A stretch of 64,000 bases of DNA from Novosphingobium sp. GTDB lineage: Bacteria; Pseudomonadota; Alphaproteobacteria; Sphingomonadales; Sphingomonadaceae. The translations under genes were made by a program, and so were the position numbers. This document shows, in pieces, positions 27,526 through 37,987 of this stretch. The notes below the pieces were generated by a model that was not told where the DNA came from, made no database searches, and worked only from the letters and a program-made list of their open reading frames with translations. Within the stretch, counting starts at the first letter, position 1, and each line of letters begins with the position of its first letter. The stretch is from contig NZ_JAPZQX010000003.1 of assembly GCF_027531025.1 (NCBI RefSeq), forward strand, positions 536,190-600,189. The letters are read 5' to 3'.

Positions 27526-28812
27526 ATGTCTTTGCAGGACAAGGACCGCATCTTCACCAATCTCTACGGCTATCAGCCGTGGAACCTCGATGCCGCCAAG
27601 AAGCGCGGTGACTGGGACAAGACCAGGAAGCTGCTTGAGCTTGGCCCCGACAAGATCATCGAGGAAATCAAGGCTTCAGGCCTGCGCGGGCGCGGGGGAG
27701 CGGGCTTCCCGACCGGCCTCAAGTGGTCGTTCATGCCCAAGGAATCGAAGGACGGCCGTCCCAGCTTCCTGGTGATCAACGCCGACGAATCCGAACCCGG
27801 TTCGTGCAAGGACCGCGAGATCATCCGTCACGATCCGCACAAGCTGATCGAGGGCGCGCTGGTGGCCGGCTTCGCGATGCGCGCGCGGGCGGCCTATATC
27901 TACATCCGCGGCGAATATATCCGCGAGGCCCAGGTGCTCGAGGCGGCGGTCAAGGAAGCCTATGACGCCGGGCTGATCGGCAAGAACGCCTGCAAGAGCG
28001 GCTACGATTTCGACGTCTACGTCCATCGCGGCGCCGGCGCCTATATCTGCGGTGAAGAAACCGCGATGATCGAAAGCCTGGAAGGCAAGAAGGGCCAGCC
28101 GCGCCTGAAGCCGCCGTTCCCGGCCGGCGCGGGCCTTTATGGCTGCCCGACCACGGTCAACAATGTCGAATCAATCGCGGTTGCCCCCACGATCCTGCGG
28201 CGCGGGGCGGGCTGGTTCAGCTCGTTCGGGCGGGACAACAACAAGGGCACCAAGCTGTTCCAGATCAGCGGGCACGTGAACAAGCCCTGCGTGGTCGAGG
28301 AAGCGATGAGCATCCCGTTCAGCGAGCTGATCGAGAAGCATTGCGGCGGCATCACCGGGGGCAAGGACAACCTGCTGGCGGTGATCCCGGGCGGCTCCTC
28401 GGTGCCGCTGGTTCCAGCCGAACAGATCTGGGACGCGCCTATGGACTTCGACGGTCTGCGCGAAGTCGGTTCGGGCCTTGGCACCGCCGCCGTCATCGTC
28501 ATGGACAAGTCGACCGACATAGTCCGCGCGATCAGCCGCCTGTCCTACTTCTACAAGCACGAGTCCTGCGGCCAGTGCACCCCTTGCCGCGAAGGCACGG
28601 GCTGGATGTGGCGCGTCATGGAACGCCTGCGCACCGGCGATGCCGACGTGGGCGAAATCGACATGCTGTGGGACGTGACCAAGCAGGTCGAAGGCCACAC
28701 CATCTGCGCACTGGGTGACGCCGCCGCCTGGCCGATCCAGGGCCTGATCCGCCACTTCCGCCCCGAACTGGAGCGCCGCATCGCCGAAAACGTGCGGGAG
28801 GCGGCCGAGTGA
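27526..28812 (+). CDS. nuoF: NADH-quinone oxidoreductase subunit F
   Basis: [30 protein letters not shown] and [12 protein letters not shown]. Confidence 0.97.
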   Translation: MSLQDKDRIFTNLYGYQPWNLDAAKKRGDWDKTRKLLELGPDKIIEEIKASGLRGRGGAGFPTGLKWSFMPKESKDGRPSFLVINADESEPGSCKDREIIRHDPHKLIEGALVAGFAMRARAAYIYIRGEYIREAQVLEAAVKEAYDAGLIGKNACKSGYDFDVYVHRGAGAYICGEETAMIESLEGKKGQPRLKPPFPAGAGLYGCPTTVNNVESIAVAPTILRRGAGWFSSFGRDNNKGTKLFQISGHVNKPCVVEEAMSIPFSELIEKHCGGITGGKDNLLAVIPGGSSVPLVPAEQIWDAPMDFDGLREVGSGLGTAAVIVMDKSTDIVRAISRLSYFYKHESCGQCTPCREGTGWMWRVMERLRTGDADVGEIDMLWDVTKQVEGHTICALGDAAAWPIQGLIRHFRPELERRIAENVREAAE

Positions 28813-29534
28813 AAGCCCTGACCCGCCTGGCTCCGCTGGCGGTGCTGGTGGCTGCTCCGGCTGTGGCCGAGGCGCCCAGTCCACAGCAGATCCGCACGTT
28901 CCTGGCCGAATATGGCACCTGCATCGCCAAGCGCGAGCCGGAACTGGCCCATCGCGCGGTGCTGGGCGAGGCGAGCTTCCATTACGACAGCCCCGAGGGC
29001 AAGCGCCTGCGCCAGCGCGAATGCATGGACGCGGCGCTGCTGCGCAATTCGAGCGATGGCTTTACCGGCCGCCTGCGGATGCGGCTTGACGACGATACCT
29101 ATCGCGGGGTGATCGCCGAGGCGTTGATCGCCAAGGGCGGCGTTGCCCTCGATCCGGCCAGGCTGCCCGCGATTGCGGCTCTCGATTACAATGAACCGCG
29201 CCCGCTGCGCACCACCGACCGGGACGGCAAGCCCATTCCGGAAGACCGGCTTGAGCGGCAGCGTGCTGCCATCGCCCGCCGGACCGAGGCGATTGCGCTC
29301 GGCCGTCTGGGTGAATGCACGGTGCGCACGGCCCCGGTCCCGGCCCGCACCGTCCTGGCTACACAGATCGACACCCCGGCCGAACTTCAAGCCTTGAATG
29401 CGCTTGGTCAGACCCTCGGCCAGTGCATCAAGGCGGGCGAGACCGTCTCGCTTGACCGGATCAGCGTGCGCGGCGCGCTGGCCACCGCCTATTACCGCCT
29501 TTCCCAGGCCAAGCCTTCCGGAGCGATCCAGTAA
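28809..29534 (+). CDS. Secreted hypothetical protein with an internal two-fold repeat, inside the nuo operon
   Basis: Signal peptide ending APAVA; two Cx33-35C...RGxxA units. GTGA overlap with nuoF and TAATG overlap with nuoG. Confidence 0.8.
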   Translation: MKALTRLAPLAVLVAAPAVAEAPSPQQIRTFLAEYGTCIAKREPELAHRAVLGEASFHYDSPEGKRLRQRECMDAALLRNSSDGFTGRLRMRLDDDTYRGVIAEALIAKGGVALDPARLPAIAALDYNEPRPLRTTDRDGKPIPEDRLERQRAAIARRTEAIALGRLGECTVRTAPVPARTVLATQIDTPAELQALNALGQTLGQCIKAGETVSLDRISVRGALATAYYRLSQAKPSGAIQ

Positions 29535-31543
29535 TGCCCAAGGTAACCGTCGACGGCGTGGAACTTGAGGTCCCGGCAGGGGCCACGGTCCTGCAGGCCT
29601 GCGAAATGGCCGGCAAGGAAATCCCGCGTTTCTGCTATCATGAGCGCCTGTCCATCGCCGGCAATTGCCGGATGTGCCTGGTCGAGGTGAAGCCCGGGCC
29701 GCCCAAGCCGCAGGCTTCGTGCGCGCTGCCTGCCGCCGAGGGCCAGGAAATCCGCACTGACAGCCCGATGGTCAAGAAGGCGCGCGAAGGGGTGATGGAG
29801 TTCCTCCTGATCAACCACCCGCTCGATTGCCCGATCTGCGACCAGGGCGGGGAATGCGACCTCCAGGACCAGTCGGTTGCCTATGGCCGCGGCGCCTCGC
29901 GCTATGACGAGAACAAGCGCGCCGTCACCGAAAAGTACATGGGTCCGCTGATCAAGACGGTGATGACCCGCTGCATCCACTGCACCCGCTGCGTGCGCTT
30001 CTCGGAAGAGATCGCCGGGGTGGACGAAATCGGCGCGCTTTATCGCGGCGAGCAGATGCAGATCACGACCTATCTGGAACAGGCCGCCAAGCACGAGCTT
30101 TCGGCCAATGTGATCGACCTTTGCCCGGTCGGCGCGCTCACCTCGCGGCCCTATGCCTTCGAGGCGCGGCCGTGGGAACTGAAGAAGACCCTGTCGATCG
30201 ACGTGTCGGACGCGGTCGGCTCGAACATCCGGCTCGACAGCCGTGGCCGCGAAGTGCTGCGCATCCTGCCGCGCATCAACGATGACGTGAACGAGGAATG
30301 GCTGTCCGACAAGGCGCGCTATCAGGTCGATGGCCTGACCCGCCGCCGCCTCGACCGGCCGTGGATCCGTGGGGCGGATGGCAAGCTTGCCGCCGCCACC
30401 TGGGAAGAAGCCTTCGCCGCCGTGGCCAAGGTCAACCCGGGCAAGTCGGTGGCCGTGGTTGCCGGTGACATGGTCGATTGCGAAACCATGTTCGCGGCCA
30501 AGGCGCTCGCAGGCGCGCTGGGCAGCAAGCTGCTTGAAGGCCGCCAGACCGGCCTCGACTATGACTGCTCGAACCTCGCGGCGGTGAACTTCAATTCGAC
30601 CATCGCCGGGATCGAAGAGGCCGATGCCGTGCTGATCGTGGGCAGCCATGTCCGCTGGGAAGCGCCGCTGGTGAACACCCGCATCCGCAAGGCGGTGAAG
30701 CGCGGTGCCAAGGTCTTTGTGGTCGGGGCGGAATGGGATGCGACCTATCCGGTCACCAACCTCGGCACTGACCTGGCCGTGCTGGACAAGCTGCCCAAGG
30801 ACGTTGCCGACGTGCTCAAGAAGGCGGCGCGTCCGGCGCTGATCCTGGGCGGCGCAGGCCTGGGCAAGGGCGCGCTGGGTGCCTGCCTGGCGCTAGCCGA
30901 TAAGTACAAGCTGGTCCGTGATGGCTGGAACGGCTTCAACGTGCTGCACATGGCGGCGGCGCGGATGGGCGGCTTGATGCTGGGCTATGCCCAGAAGGGC
31001 GGCATTGCCGACCTGGTCAAGGCCAAGCCCAAGCTGCTGCTTTCGCTCGGCGCGGACGAAGTGGACTACACCAAGTTTGCTGACAGCATCGTCGTTTACA
31101 TTGGCCACCATGGCGACAAGGGCGCTCACGCGGCCGACATCATCCTGCCGGCCGCTGCCTTCAGCGAAAAGCCGGGCACTTACGTCAACACCGAAGGCCG
31201 GGTGCAGTTTGCCGAAAAGGCTGTCTTCGCGCCGGGTGACGCGCGCGAGGACTGGACGATCCTGCGCGCGCTGGCCGATGCCCTGAGCGTCACTGTCGGC
31301 TTCGACAGCTTCGACGAGCTGCGCGCCGCGATGATCAAGGCCGCTCCGGCGCTCGGCAGCGAGGGACTGGCCGATTACGGTGCGCTGCCCAAGGCCGAGA
31401 AGGCCAAGGCCAGCGGCACGATCGAGGCTTACCCGATCAAGGACTTCTACCTCACCAACGCGATCGCCCGCGCCAGCGAGACCATGCAGCGCTGCTCGGC
31501 CGAACTACTCCACGGTGAGAGCTTCGCGGAGGCCGCGGAATGA
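29534..31543 (+). CDS. nuoG: NADH-quinone oxidoreductase subunit G
   Basis: [31 protein letters not shown] and CIHCTRC. Confidence 0.97.
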   Translation: MPKVTVDGVELEVPAGATVLQACEMAGKEIPRFCYHERLSIAGNCRMCLVEVKPGPPKPQASCALPAAEGQEIRTDSPMVKKAREGVMEFLLINHPLDCPICDQGGECDLQDQSVAYGRGASRYDENKRAVTEKYMGPLIKTVMTRCIHCTRCVRFSEEIAGVDEIGALYRGEQMQITTYLEQAAKHELSANVIDLCPVGALTSRPYAFEARPWELKKTLSIDVSDAVGSNIRLDSRGREVLRILPRINDDVNEEWLSDKARYQVDGLTRRRLDRPWIRGADGKLAAATWEEAFAAVAKVNPGKSVAVVAGDMVDCETMFAAKALAGALGSKLLEGRQTGLDYDCSNLAAVNFNSTIAGIEEADAVLIVGSHVRWEAPLVNTRIRKAVKRGAKVFVVGAEWDATYPVTNLGTDLAVLDKLPKDVADVLKKAARPALILGGAGLGKGALGACLALADKYKLVRDGWNGFNVLHMAAARMGGLMLGYAQKGGIADLVKAKPKLLLSLGADEVDYTKFADSIVVYIGHHGDKGAHAADIILPAAAFSEKPGTYVNTEGRVQFAEKAVFAPGDAREDWTILRALADALSVTVGFDSFDELRAAMIKAAPALGSEGLADYGALPKAEKAKASGTIEAYPIKDFYLTNAIARASETMQRCSAELLHGESFAEAAE

Positions 31544-32583
31544 CCGCTTTCTTCCAATCGCTCGGCATGACCTACGAATGGGCGTGGTTCACCGCGACCA
31601 TTGCCGGGATCCTGCTGATTGCCCTGCCGCTGATGCTGGCCGTGGCGATGATCATCTATGTCGATCGCAAGGTCTGGGCGGCCATGGCGCTGCGCCGCGG
31701 CCCGAACGTGGTCGGCCCCTGGGGCCTGCTCCAGTCCTTTGCGGACGGCCTCAAGGTCTTCTTGCAGGAAACCATCGTGCCTTCGGCGGCCAACAAGGGC
31801 CTGTTCCTGATCGCGCCGATCATCACCTTCACCGTCGCGCTGCTGGCCTGGGCGGTGATCCCGTTCAATTCGGGCGCAGTGCTGGCCGATCTCAACGTTG
31901 GTCTGCTCTATGTCCTCGCGATCTCCTCGCTGGGGGTCTACGGCGTGGTCATCGCGGGCTGGGCCTCGAACTCGAAGTACCCGTTCTTCTCGGCCATGCG
32001 CGCCTCGGCGCAGATGATTTCCTATGAAGTCTCGATCGGCTTCATCCTGATCTGCGTGGTGCTGTGGGCGGGCAGCTTCAACCTTGGCGAGATTGTCGAG
32101 GCGCAGAAGTCGCACGTCGGCATCATCAACGGCTTCGTCGCCAACCCGCTGCTATTCCCGATGTGGGTGATGTTCCTGATCTCCGGCATGGCCGAAACCG
32201 CCCGCGCGCCGTTCGACCTCACCGAGGCCGAAAGCGAGCTGGTCGCCGGTTATCAGACCGAATATTCGTCGATGAGCTTCGCGCTCTACTGGCTGGGTGA
32301 GTACGCCAACGTCCTCTTGATGTGCGCGCTCAATGCCGTGCTGTTCTTCGGCGGTTACCTGCCGCCGCTCGACATTCCGGTGCTCTACCTGGTGCCGGGC
32401 TGGATCTGGCTCTTCGCCAAAATCTTCTTCTTCTTCTTCATCTTCTCGTGGGTCAAGGCCACGGTCCCGCGCTATCGCTATGACCAGCTGATGCGTCTGG
32501 GATGGAAGGTGTTCCTGCCGGTTTCGCTGGGCTTCGTGGTCCTGGTGAGCGGCTATCTGATGCTGACGAGGTACGGGGTATGA
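31540..32583 (+). CDS. nuoH: NADH-quinone oxidoreductase subunit H
   Basis: [31 protein letters not shown] and PRYRYDQLM. Confidence 0.97.
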   Translation: MTAFFQSLGMTYEWAWFTATIAGILLIALPLMLAVAMIIYVDRKVWAAMALRRGPNVVGPWGLLQSFADGLKVFLQETIVPSAANKGLFLIAPIITFTVALLAWAVIPFNSGAVLADLNVGLLYVLAISSLGVYGVVIAGWASNSKYPFFSAMRASAQMISYEVSIGFILICVVLWAGSFNLGEIVEAQKSHVGIINGFVANPLLFPMWVMFLISGMAETARAPFDLTEAESELVAGYQTEYSSMSFALYWLGEYANVLLMCALNAVLFFGGYLPPLDIPVLYLVPGWIWLFAKIFFFFFIFSWVKATVPRYRYDQLMRLGWKVFLPVSLGFVVLVSGYLMLTRYGV

Positions 32584-33008
32584 TACGTTTACTTACCCTT
32601 GCTGCATTCCTCGCCACATCAACAGCCGTTGCTGCCGAGCCAACTAATCGTTGGTGGTCGGGCGGCGGTATGGGCGTGAGCGAGTATGGTTGGTCCGGAT
32701 CGGATCGAACTACGATCTATATGACTTGCGAAGGTGATGATGAACTGGGGCTTCGGGTTTCAATCCGGGGTGTCGATCCAAAGCCGAAGTCTCAGGTCAT
32801 TTTCGAAGTAAACGGTCAAAGTATTGTCTTTTTCGTAAAGTCCGATGGCGACATTGAGATGCAAAGCAGAGTTTCGATGAACAATCTCTACTTTCTTTTC
32901 GAAGAGCTCCGCAGCGGTCGTCAGGTCACTGTGAATTTTGATGGCCTCTCAAAGACACTTCCACTTACTGGAAGTGCCAAGGGGCTAGGCAAGGGACTTT
33001 GTAAATGA
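32580..33008 (+). CDS. Low-GC secreted hypothetical protein inside the nuo operon
   Basis: 142 aa from ATG 32580, signal peptide ending AVAA, two Cys. Hand count 210/420 GC over 32581-33000. ATGA overlaps at both ends. Confidence 0.8.
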   Translation: MIRLLTLAAFLATSTAVAAEPTNRWWSGGGMGVSEYGWSGSDRTTIYMTCEGDDELGLRVSIRGVDPKPKSQVIFEVNGQSIVFFVKSDGDIEMQSRVSMNNLYFLFEELRSGRQVTVNFDGLSKTLPLTGSAKGLGKGLCK

Positions 33009-33490
33009 GTGTCGCTCAGCTTATCAAGAGCTTCACCCTCTGGGAATTCGTGAAGGCGCACTGGCTTACCCTGAAGTACTTCTTCAGGCCCAAGGCGACC
33101 ATCAACTATCCCTTCGAGAAGAACCCGCTGAGCCCGCGGTTCCGCGGCGAACATGCGCTGCGCCGCTATCCCAACGGGGAAGAACGCTGCATCGCCTGCA
33201 AGCTGTGCGAAGCGGTCTGCCCGGCGCAGGCGATCACGATCGAGGCCGAGCCGCGTGACGATGGGAGCCGCCGCACCACGCGCTACGACATCGACATGAC
33301 CAAGTGCATCTACTGCGGCTTCTGTCAGGAAGCCTGCCCGGTCGATGCGATCGTCGAAGGGCCGAACTTCGAATACGCGACCGAAACGCGCGAGGAACTG
33401 CTTTACGACAAGGCAAAGCTGCTGGCCAACGGGGACAAGTGGGAGCGGGCGATTGCCGCGAACCTTGAAGCCGATGCGCCGTATCGGTAG
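33005..33490 (+). CDS. nuoI: NADH-quinone oxidoreductase subunit I
   Basis: [12 protein letters not shown] and [12 protein letters not shown] ferredoxin motifs. Confidence 0.97.
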   Translation: MSVAQLIKSFTLWEFVKAHWLTLKYFFRPKATINYPFEKNPLSPRFRGEHALRRYPNGEERCIACKLCEAVCPAQAITIEAEPRDDGSRRTTRYDIDMTKCIYCGFCQEACPVDAIVEGPNFEYATETREELLYDKAKLLANGDKWERAIAANLEADAPYR

Positions 33491-33502
33491 GGGCCCGCCG
33501 CA

Positions 33503-34120
33503 ATGATCCAGGTGCTAACCTTCTACCTGTTCGCAGGTATCATGATCGCGGCGGGGGCCTTCACGATCCTCGCCCGCAACCCCGTGCATTCGGTGCTGTG
33601 GCTGATCGTCGCCTTCTTCAACGCGGCGGGCCTGATGGTCCTCGCCGGGGCCGAATTCATCGCCATGTTGCTGGTGATCGTTTACGTCGGCGCAGTCGCG
33701 GTGCTGTTCCTGTTCGTCGTGATGATGCTCGACATCGATTTTGCCGAACTGCGCGCCGGTTTCATCAAGAACTTCCCGCTGGGCCTGGCGGTTGCCATCG
33801 TCCTGCTGGCCGAGATCGTTCTCGGCATGGGGGCCTACCAGGCCGGCGCGCTGCAACTCGGTACACCCGATGGTTCGGGCGCGACACCGGCTGGCGCATC
33901 GAACATCGAGGCGATCGGCGCCCTGCTCTACAGCAAGTACCTGTTCCTGTTCGAAGCGGCCGGGATCATCCTGCTGGTCGCCATGGTCGGCGCGATCGTC
34001 CTGACTCACCGCCAGCGCGGCGGCGTGCGCGGCCAGAACATCGCACAGCAGATTGCCCGCCGCCCTGAAGAGGCCGTGGTCAATGCGCAGCCGGAAGTGG
34101 GCAAGGGGGTTTCGCTGTGA
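33503..34120 (+). CDS. nuoJ: NADH-quinone oxidoreductase subunit J
   Basis: [41 protein letters not shown]. Confidence 0.96.
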   Translation: MIQVLTFYLFAGIMIAAGAFTILARNPVHSVLWLIVAFFNAAGLMVLAGAEFIAMLLVIVYVGAVAVLFLFVVMMLDIDFAELRAGFIKNFPLGLAVAIVLLAEIVLGMGAYQAGALQLGTPDGSGATPAGASNIEAIGALLYSKYLFLFEAAGIILLVAMVGAIVLTHRQRGGVRGQNIAQQIARRPEEAVVNAQPEVGKGVSL

Positions 34121-34422
34121 TCGGCGTTGAACACTATGTAGTCGTCAGCTCGATCCTGTTCGTGCTGGGCGTGCTGGGGATCTTCCTCAACCGCAAGAAC
34201 GTGATCGTGATCCTGATGGCGATCGAACTGATCCTGCTGTCGGTGAACCTCAACCTGGTGGCCTTCAGCAGCTTTCTTGGCGATCTGACCGGCCAGGTCT
34301 TTGCCATGTTCGTCCTGACTGTGGCCGCCGGTGAAGCGGCGATCGGCCTCGCGATCCTGGTGATCTACTTCCGCCGTCGCGGCACCATTGCCGTCGACGA
34401 TGTCAACCGGATGAAGGGGTAA
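34117..34422 (+). CDS. nuoK: NADH-quinone oxidoreductase subunit K
   Basis: [27 protein letters not shown]. Confidence 0.96.
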   Translation: MIGVEHYVVVSSILFVLGVLGIFLNRKNVIVILMAIELILLSVNLNLVAFSSFLGDLTGQVFAMFVLTVAAGEAAIGLAILVIYFRRRGTIAVDDVNRMKG

Positions 34423-34428
34423 GCGTCC

Positions 34429-36450
34429 GTGGATCCGATCCTCTTCATCGTCTTCCTGCCCTTGCTGGCCGCGATCGTCGCGGGCCTCGGCAACCGGATG
34501 CTGGGCAATTTCGCCGCCAAGCTGGTGACGACGGGCGCGCTGTTCGCCTCGTGCCTGCTGTCCTGGCCGATCTTCCTGGCCTTCATGGACGGCACGGCCG
34601 AAGCGCATGTCGTGCCGGTGCTGCAGTGGGTCCAGTCGGGCTCGCTGACCTTCGACTGGGCGCTGCGGGTCGATACCCTGACCGCGGTCATGCTGGTGGT
34701 GATCACCACCGTCTCGGCGCTCGTGCACCTCTATTCCTGGGGCTATATGGACGAGGACCCGGATCAGCCGCGGTTCTTCGCCTATCTCAGCCTCTTCACC
34801 TTCGCCATGCTGATGCTGGTGACGGCCGATAACCTGGTCCAGATGTTCTTTGGTTGGGAAGGGGTGGGTCTCGCCTCGTACCTGCTGATCGGCTTCTGGT
34901 TCAAGAAGCCCTCGGCCAGCGCCGCCGCGATCAAGGCCTTCGTGGTCAACCGCGTGGGCGACCTTGGTTTCATGCTGGGGATCTTCGGCACCTTCCTGGT
35001 GTTCAACACGGTCTCTATCCCCGAAATCCTCGCCGCCGCACCCGGCATGGAAGGTTCGACCATCGGCTTCCTCGGCTATCGCTGGGATACGATGACGATC
35101 CTGTGCATCCTGCTGTTCATCGGCGCGATGGGCAAGTCGGCCCAGCTGGGCCTGCACACCTGGCTGCCTGACGCGATGGAAGGCCCGACCCCGGTTTCGG
35201 CGCTGATCCACGCGGCGACCATGGTCACCGCCGGCGTCTTCATGGTCTGCCGCCTTTCGCCGATGTTCGAAGCCAGCCCGATCGCGCTCGACATCGTCAC
35301 CTATGTCGGTGCCGCCACCTGCTTCTTCGCCGCCACGGTCGGCCTGACGCAGTGGGACATCAAGCGGGTGATCGCCTATTCGACCTGCTCGCAGCTGGGC
35401 TACATGTTCTTCGCCGCCGGCGTCGGGGCCTATGGCGCGGCGATGTTCCACCTGTTCACTCACGCCTTCTTCAAGGCCCTGCTGTTCCTGGGCGCGGGCT
35501 CGGTGATCCACGCGATGCACCACGAGCAGGACATGCGCTATTACGGCGGCCTGCGTAAGCACATCCCGCTGACCTTCTGGGCGATGATGGCCGGAACCCT
35601 GGCGATCACCGGGGTGGGGTTCTACTGGCTCCACGCCGGGTTCGCGGGCTTCCATTCGAAGGACGCAATCCTCGAAGTGGCCTTCGCCAGCGGCAAGGAA
35701 TCCGGCATGTTCGCCTTCTGGGTGGGCGTGACCGCCGCGCTGATGACCAGCTTCTATTCGTGGCGCCTGATCTTCCTGACCTTCTTCGGCAAGGCCCGCT
35801 GGGCCGGGTCCGAGCACATCCAGCACGCCGTGCACGATGACCATCACGGGCATGACGACCATGGTCACGGCCATGCGCATGGCGATGATGGCACCGCCGG
35901 CTACCATCCGCACGAAAGTCCGCTGGCGATGCTGGTGCCGCTTGGCGTGCTGACCCTTGGGGCGGTCTTCGCCGGATGGGTCTTCACCGGCTCGTTCCTG
36001 TCCAGCGCCGATTTCTGGGGCGGCTCGATCTTCTACAACGAGCACCTGATGCATGCGATGCACGAAGTGCCGCTGTGGGTGAAGCTGAGTGCCACTGCAG
36101 TGATGCTGGTCGGCCTGTTTGGTGCCTGGTATGCATACATTCGCAACCCAGGCTTCCCGGCCAAGGTCGTCGCGCAGATCGATGTCCTCTACCGCTTCGT
36201 CTACAACAAGTGGTACTTCGACGAGCTCTACAACTTCCTGTTCGTCCGCCCGGCCTTCTGGATCGGCGACAAGTTCTGGAAGCTCGGCGATATCGGGATC
36301 ATCGACCGCTTCGGCCCGAACGGTGCCGCCTGGACCGTGCTTCAGGGCACCCGCCTCGCGCAGAAGGTGCAGTCGGGTTACCTCTATTCCTATGCTCTCG
36401 TGATGCTGCTGGGCCTGACCGCGGCGATCACCTGGATGATGGTGCGCTAA
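34429..36450 (+). CDS. nuoL: NADH-quinone oxidoreductase subunit L
   Basis: [39 protein letters not shown] and [10 protein letters not shown]. Confidence 0.97.
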   Translation: MDPILFIVFLPLLAAIVAGLGNRMLGNFAAKLVTTGALFASCLLSWPIFLAFMDGTAEAHVVPVLQWVQSGSLTFDWALRVDTLTAVMLVVITTVSALVHLYSWGYMDEDPDQPRFFAYLSLFTFAMLMLVTADNLVQMFFGWEGVGLASYLLIGFWFKKPSASAAAIKAFVVNRVGDLGFMLGIFGTFLVFNTVSIPEILAAAPGMEGSTIGFLGYRWDTMTILCILLFIGAMGKSAQLGLHTWLPDAMEGPTPVSALIHAATMVTAGVFMVCRLSPMFEASPIALDIVTYVGAATCFFAATVGLTQWDIKRVIAYSTCSQLGYMFFAAGVGAYGAAMFHLFTHAFFKALLFLGAGSVIHAMHHEQDMRYYGGLRKHIPLTFWAMMAGTLAITGVGFYWLHAGFAGFHSKDAILEVAFASGKESGMFAFWVGVTAALMTSFYSWRLIFLTFFGKARWAGSEHIQHAVHDDHHGHDDHGHGHAHGDDGTAGYHPHESPLAMLVPLGVLTLGAVFAGWVFTGSFLSSADFWGGSIFYNEHLMHAMHEVPLWVKLSATAVMLVGLFGAWYAYIRNPGFPAKVVAQIDVLYRFVYNKWYFDELYNFLFVRPAFWIGDKFWKLGDIGIIDRFGPNGAAWTVLQGTRLAQKVQSGYLYSYALVMLLGLTAAITWMMVR

Positions 36451-36451
36451 G

Positions 36452-37987
36452 ATGGCCGATTTCCCCATTCTCTCGGTCATGATGCTGGTGCCGCTGCTGG
36501 CAGCGGTGGCCTGTCTGCTGGTCGAGGCCAAGGCCGCGCGGCAGATCGCCTTGGTGGCAACGCTGATCGATCTCGCGCTGGGCGTGCTGCTCTGGGTGAA
36601 CTACGACATCGGCGGGGCGCAGTGGCAGTTCCATGAGAACGTGCCGCTGTTCGCCGGGTTCTCGTGGGCGCTGGGCATCGATGGCATCGCCCTGATGCTG
36701 ATCATGCTGTCGGTGTTCCTGATGCCGATCTGCATCCTAGCCAGCGCGTCGATCGAAAAGCGCGTGGGCGAGTACATGGCGGCCTTCCTGTTGATGGAAA
36801 CGCTGATGATCGGCGTGTTTGCGGCGCAGGACATCTTCCTGTTCTACATCATGTTCGAGGCCGGCCTGATCCCGATGTACCTGATCATCGGGATCTGGGG
36901 CGGGGCTGACCGGATCTACGCCAGCTACAAGTTCTTCCTCTACACGCTGATCGGCTCGGTGCTGATGCTGATCGCCATGCTTTGGATGGTGAACGAGGCC
37001 GGGACGACCGACATCCCGACGCTGATGGAGTACAACTTCGCGCCGGAAGTGCAGACCTGGCTGTGGCTGGCCTTCTTCGCGAGCTTTGCCGTGAAGATGC
37101 CGATGTGGCCGGTTCACACCTGGCTGCCAGATGCCCACGTGCAGGCGCCCACCGCCGGGTCGGTGATCCTGGCGGGCGTCCTGCTGAAGATGGGCGGCTA
37201 TGGCTTCATCCGCTTCTCGCTGCCGATGTTCCCGGAAGCTTCGGCCCAGTTCGCCTGGCTGGTCTTTGCCCTGTCGATGGTCGCGGTGATCTACACCTCG
37301 CTGGTCGCGCTGGTGCAGAACGACATGAAGAAGCTGATCGCCTATTCCTCGGTCGCGCACATGGCGATCGTCACGATCGGCCTGTTCGCCTTCAACCCGC
37401 AGGGTCTCGAAGGCGCGATGGTAGTGATGCTCAGCCACGGCCTGGTTTCGGGCGCGCTGTTCCTGTGCGTGGGTGTGATTTACGACCGGCTCCACACCCG
37501 TGAGATCGACCGGTACGGCGGCCTGTCGATCAACATGCCTTATTATGCGCTGTTCTTCATGCTCTTCACCATGGCCTCCATTGGCCTGCCGGGGACCAGC
37601 GGCTTCGTGGGTGAATTCCTGAGCCTTGCCGGTATCTATCAGGTATCGAGCTGGGTGGCGCTGGTCTGCACGACCGGTATCATCCTGGGTGCAGCCTACA
37701 TGCTCTATCTCTATCGCCGCGTCTGCTTCGGCGAGCAGAAGAATGCCGATGCCGCCGCCATGCCCGATCTCAACCGCCGTGAGTGGTGGCTGATGGCGCC
37801 AATCGCCGCGGTCGTGCTGTGGATGGGGGTCTATCCGGAAAGCTTCCTGGCGCCGATGCGCGCCGATATCGCGGTACTCGATGCCCGGATCGCGCGGGCC
37901 AAGCCCGAAAGCGATGCCCAGCTGACTGCCGGCAAGCCCAAGCCCGCCAACGCCACCGAACATACCGCGCACGGGGAGGCGCACTGA
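36452..37987 (+). CDS. nuoM: NADH-quinone oxidoreductase subunit M
   Basis: FEAGLIPMY, HTWLPDAHVQAPT, LLKMGGYG and PGTSGFVGEF. Confidence 0.97.
   Translation: MADFPILSVMMLVPLLAAVACLLVEAKAARQIALVATLIDLALGVLLWVNYDIGGAQWQFHENVPLFAGFSWALGIDGIALMLIMLSVFLMPICILASASIEKRVGEYMAAFLLMETLMIGVFAAQDIFLFYIMFEAGLIPMYLIIGIWGGADRIYASYKFFLYTLIGSVLMLIAMLWMVNEAGTTDIPTLMEYNFAPEVQTWLWLAFFASFAVKMPMWPVHTWLPDAHVQAPTAGSVILAGVLLKMGGYGFIRFSLPMFPEASAQFAWLVFALSMVAVIYTSLVALVQNDMKKLIAYSSVAHMAIVTIGLFAFNPQGLEGAMVVMLSHGLVSGALFLCVGVIYDRLHTREIDRYGGLSINMPYYALFFMLFTMASIGLPGTSGFVGEFLSLAGIYQVSSWVALVCTTGIILGAAYMLYLYRRVCFGEQKNADAAAMPDLNRREWWLMAPIAAVVLWMGVYPESFLAPMRADIAVLDARIARAKPESDAQLTAGKPKPANATEHTAHGEAH

Noticed and set aside
32580-33008. 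Low-GC insert as an insertion sequence or integron cassette
   Set aside because: There is no transposase, terminal inverted repeat or attC-like hairpin, and no non-coding flank at all.
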